This document shows, piece after piece, positions 48,660-64,000 of a stretch of 64,000 bases of DNA. The stretch comes from Macrostomum lignano (Eukaryota). The stretch spans positions 217,006-281,005 of the forward strand of contig NIVC01001482.1 in NCBI GenBank assembly GCA_002269645.1, in the 5' to 3' direction. The notes beneath the pieces were generated by a model. The model had not been told where the DNA came from, made no database searches, and saw only the letters and a list, made by a program, of their open reading frames with translations. Position 1 is the first letter of the stretch. Each line of letters begins with the position of its first letter. A program made the translations under genes and the position numbers.

Positions 48660-49150
48660 GGAAGGAAGAGAAGATTCGGGAGAAGAATGAAGAGAAGATA
48701 GGGAGAAGAAGAAAGATAAGATTAGGGAGAATAATGAAGAGAAGATTAGAGAGAAGAAGGAAGGTAAGATTAGGGAGAAGAATGACGAGAAGATTATGGG
48801 GAAGAGAAAGGAGAAGATTAGGGAGAAGAATGAAGAGATGATTATGGGGAAGAGAAAGGAGAAGATTTGGGAGAAGAATGAAGAGAAGATTATGGGGAAA
48901 AGAAAGGAGAAGATTTGGGAGAAGAATGAAGAGAAGATTAGGAAGAAGAATGAAGAGAAGATCAGGGAGAAGAATGAAGAGAAGATTAGGAAGAAGAAAG
49001 AAGAGAAGATTAGTGGGAAGAATAAAGAGAAGATTAGGTAAAAGAATGAAGCGAAGATTCGGGAGAAGAATGAAGAGAAGATTAGGGAGAAGAATAAAGA
49101 GAAGATTAGGGAGAATGAAGAAAAGATTCGGGAGAAGAGGAAAAGGAAGG
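48660..49150. repeat. Degenerate purine-rich repeat of about 24 bp (GAGAAGAATGAAGAGAAGATTAGG)n
   Basis: Direct reading. Confidence 0.88.
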
Positions 49151-50039
49151 AGAGGAGGGAGACAGCAACGAAAGTATAGGAGAGGTTTGGAAGATATTTT
49201 GAAGTTGATTAGGCATGCAGGCGCGGAGTCGGTTGCAAGTCAGTCTGCGTGGCATAGAGCTAGGAGTGAACTTATAGTCGCCATCTCAGTTGCGCTGCCC
49301 CCAAATGCAATGAAATAGATTGATACTCGATCTATCTATCGAATTGCTTGCCTCCTAAACTCGAATCCCAGCTTAAGACAATCCTAATCCCGCCGTGCAG
49401 AAGATTAGAAAAAGATCTCTGCGGAGGGAGGCGGATATTTGATTCTCAATTACGGGATTGACTTTCAGTCGCAGCGCCCAATGCCTGGAATTATGAAATT
49501 GTGCCGCTTATTAGATTGGGCAGCCGCTTCCGTTCGAACTCTGTAGAGGAAATGAGCCTTTTTGGTTCGGCTGCAACAGGAGCAATTCCTAACTTCAAGC
49601 TGCCGGATGGTCAGCCAGAGCTGTCCTCGACTCAAAGCCTTAGACACTGATAATATTGTATTTTTGCAGTCTATACGCGAGACACCTGAGTTCGACAGAG
49701 TTCTTTCCTGTTCGTCATGCCAAAATAACACTAAGCAATATTGACTTCAATAATGCTTGTTTTTATCATAGAAGCCACATTTCCGCAAGCTTCTGATATA
49801 AAATTTACTAAATTATCAGGAAAAGAGGAAACATAAACACGAGTGGAACTCCTCCTTCGGAGGAGGAAAGGGAAGAACTCCCATCGCCGGAACTCCATTC
49901 CCTGAAATCTATCAGCTAAAATCCCATGATTTGAATCCCATCTTCCAAATCGTCTCCAAATCCTCTACAAAACATTTTAAACACCATATCTTGTTTTCTC
50001 TGTTTGCAAAAACTGACTGCCATTGTCCAGACTCCAGAC

Positions 50040-50272
50040 CCAGCCTCTCCTGTCTCCTCTCCTCTTTGCTCTCTCATCTCTAGTCTCATCTCTTATCTCT
50101 CCTCTCTGCGCTCTTATCTTTATCCTATTCTTTCTCCTCACTACTTCTCTCCTCTACTGTCTTATCTCTCTCATCTCTGATATTTCATCTCTCGTCTCTC
50201 TCTTCTATTTCCTCTGTACTCTTTTATCCCTCCTCTCTCCTCTCTCCTCTCATCTCTCCTGTCTCCTCTCCA
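50040..50272. repeat. CT-rich low-complexity tract
   Basis: Direct reading. Confidence 0.8.
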
Positions 50273-52451
50273 TAGAAGTGTGACGTCTCACGATAAGAAC
50301 GGCGAAATAGTTAGTCAATTATGTCGAGGATTGCGAGTGGCAGAAAAGAGGGGAGGGACAAGAGGGAGACAGGAATACAATCTGGCTGTAGGGACACAGG
50401 TAACTTATTTCGTCGAATTGAAAACTACTGTGCTCAGCTTTATGCCATATAGACACGTCAAATTCTGAGCGTCTGCGTTGACGAATTTTGTTCGAAAATG
50501 ACGAAAACTTACAAGTGTTTACAATTGAACTGTTTTGACGTTTTGAACTTATTCAATGAGAGGGAGTGTCACAACCTGTACATTTATTTTGGCTCCTTTT
50601 TATTAAAACACGAGTTACCATTCACGTGATAGTTGTGTTCTTAACTTCTTACTTCTTATCCTAGTCTGAAATTTTCCTCGATACAGACTGGGATTCTTTG
50701 TGCGATGCCTGTCAATCTTGAAACAAATGTTCAAAGCACGTGTACAGTGCAGCAGTTATTTTTAGTAATATTACTATAATAGTTGAGAGGCAGGTCAAGC
50801 CCTAGCTGAATCAGCAGTTGGTGCTCCTCCAGCTGTCTTTTGATCGCTCGAATCGGGCTCTCAGATCAGCCAACTGCAGCGGAGGCAATAAAATCGCGCG
50901 CACCAGTTCTGCTATATTGCCACCGGGCAACCTCGCCTCCGCCTTCTCACTTTGTTGTCCGCTCTGGCGGGGAGGGGCATTGTTTTAACGCCCGCTTCGC
51001 AGTCAAGAGATGGCAGCTGGACATTGTGAGCTGAAGTGGTGTCACTGCAAGCTTCCCAGTAGTATAAAGCTTGGCTTTATTTCATGTTTTATATGCCTCA
51101 CTGGGGCTTGAGAGGGAAGAGCCCACCTCACTCAGCACCTGACCTTGTGGACTGCTAAGTCCGTAGCCATTTTAATACAGGCTATAGGGCCGAGAGACAG
51201 GGAGAGCAATAATGAAAGTGGGATAAAGACTGCCTGATCCAAATATGGCTTATGCAGGACTATGCCTAATCCGGGTTTTACAAGGTTCCCTGCCTGACTA
51301 ATATACAGGCATGCATAGCAGCAGCAGAGGTCGCTCACCTACTCACACCCGCGCTAGTCACTCCTTGCACAATGCTGCTCAAAAATGCTGCATTGCTCAG
51401 CAGTAGCGATTTTATTACGTCGGTCGTAAAGTTTCATCACCAGTGGGGGACAGAAAGAGAACGACAAGGCAAAACTGAGCTGCTTACTGCTTTGCTCTCA
51501 TGCGTTGTTTCTCGAACTGCCTTCACTTGACTGGAACAATTTCTTGGGAAAGCAATTATTCTCCTTAGCATCAATACAGATTATATTACAGAAACCGCAG
51601 TAAAAGCACGCGAGCAATGATACTTTATCAAAAAAATTATTGTCTTCGACCTTACGTAATCAATTGTCCATGCTTAGACCGTAGGAGGAAGACGCAGAGG
51701 GATAAAGAGAGGCTCCAATTCTACATGCATCGAGAGAAAAATGTAAACTTAACTCAATGAGCTGCGCCTTGACTCAATAATTATAGGCATAGCCATGTGA
51801 GTCTATTAATGTTATAAGCTGCTGATGCAGTGTATATGGGGAGAGAAAGTCAATCGACTCCTAAGTGAAGAGAGAAGAGGAAAGTGGAGAGACGGACTGA
51901 CTTGTAAGAGTTGTTGTTTCCTTGAGAGCCATTGTCCAAACATTGCGTGCTCAATGCGGTGCGCACTGTTTAGTCCTGTCCATGCAGTTGTATTTTCATG
52001 TAACGTAAAAAAACACACGCCTCTCAGCTCAATGGGTCTATCGGACTTCCACTTTCTAACTCTCTCGCTCTGGCCCTTAACGCTTCCCCGCTCAGACTCA
52101 AACTTAGCAACGCGTGTTACTATATTATGAAGCAAATTCAACATGGGGCTTAAGAATGACAAGCCGGGCTTTGACTATAGTTTAGGGCTGTTGCAATTTG
52201 GCATTATACACTATAGGCAGGACCGGTATTGGCTGACTGGCCTGGGCCAATCCGATTTCTTCGACGCAGGTTTGCAAGCTTTTGACGCTTGTAATGCTGG
52301 GGAGGAGTGGAGGGAGAGAGAGTGAGCGGCTTCTCGTGGTTTTATAACAGCCCCGCCGACTGAAGAAACTGAGAACAGCTTGTAGTGGCAGGAATTACAA
52401 CTTGCTGACTATTGTTGGCTCCGATCCAACTGTTGTCTGTATTGTTTCAAT

Positions 52452-63472
<11,021 letters not shown>

Positions 63473-64000
63473 GTGAGCTGAGAGCGGTGGGAGTAGCCTC
63501 ATCATGCATGCTTTTTATTGCCACCAGCGCACAAAGAGTTGGCGCCGGCAGAATTAAAATTTGGTCTTATCATAGCGGATGGAACCTACCAAATGCTAAT
63601 TAGCATAAATTATTAATTACATCTTTGGACTTTGGATGGGCCGGGCCTCCCTGACCTCCATGATCCTGGGTCAACGCTCCAGATAATAGAATGGAAAACT
63701 GAAAACATAAAAAATCTGGGGATATTTATGGGAATATTAATGCGGGGAAAGGAGGTCTTTTGTCGTGCTATCTATCTCCCCTAACCTGACTCTATGAGTC
63801 ATTCGGTTTCGTGTTTTCTAGGCAGAAAACATAGAAAAAACACTGTCCTCTGCTTCTGATCCCGCGCGACCTGCACTTGCGGGACTTCCTTTATTTGCCT
63901 GATGCTGATCAAACGCGCTAAATGCCCATTGTAAGGCTGGGGCTGTTGGGGATTGCAAAGTCATCCCTCACTCAGCCTCACTCCTCTATCAGTTAGCAAA

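Overview
Eukaryotic (metazoan invertebrate) genomic DNA, with no sign of prokaryotic sequence. Short GT-AG introns, GC3-rich polyQ/polyA-laden exons and very dense mini/microsatellites are reminiscent of the flatworm Macrostomum lignano (inference only). Five spliced genes can be reconstructed by hand. (1-2) Two tandem paralogs of a small ubiquitin-like + RBR (half-RING1/IBR/RING2) E3 ligase on +: copy 1 is partial (374-942), copy 2 is complete (5581-9502). (3) OGG1 8-oxoguanine DNA glycosylase on - (11763-13779). (4) Bicaudal-D on - (about 19045-26785). (5) An UNC5-type netrin receptor on + (39210/52452 to beyond the window end), whose Ig2/TSP1 exons carry several single-base frameshifts. Most long ORFs in the supplied track are translations of tandem repeats. 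The best-supported unusual items are a structurally complete 1.05-kb non-autonomous LTR element (TRIM-like: LTRs, tRNA-Trp-like PBS, PPT, 4-bp TSD) inside an RBR intron, a 47-bp palindromic micro-element with an 8-bp TSD, both inserted at an over-represented TACATGTA palindrome, an RBR family with coordinated loss of RING1 zinc site I, two candidate signal-peptide first exons for unc5, and a BicD terminal exon open in two frames. All alignments and counts were done by eye; no database search was run.
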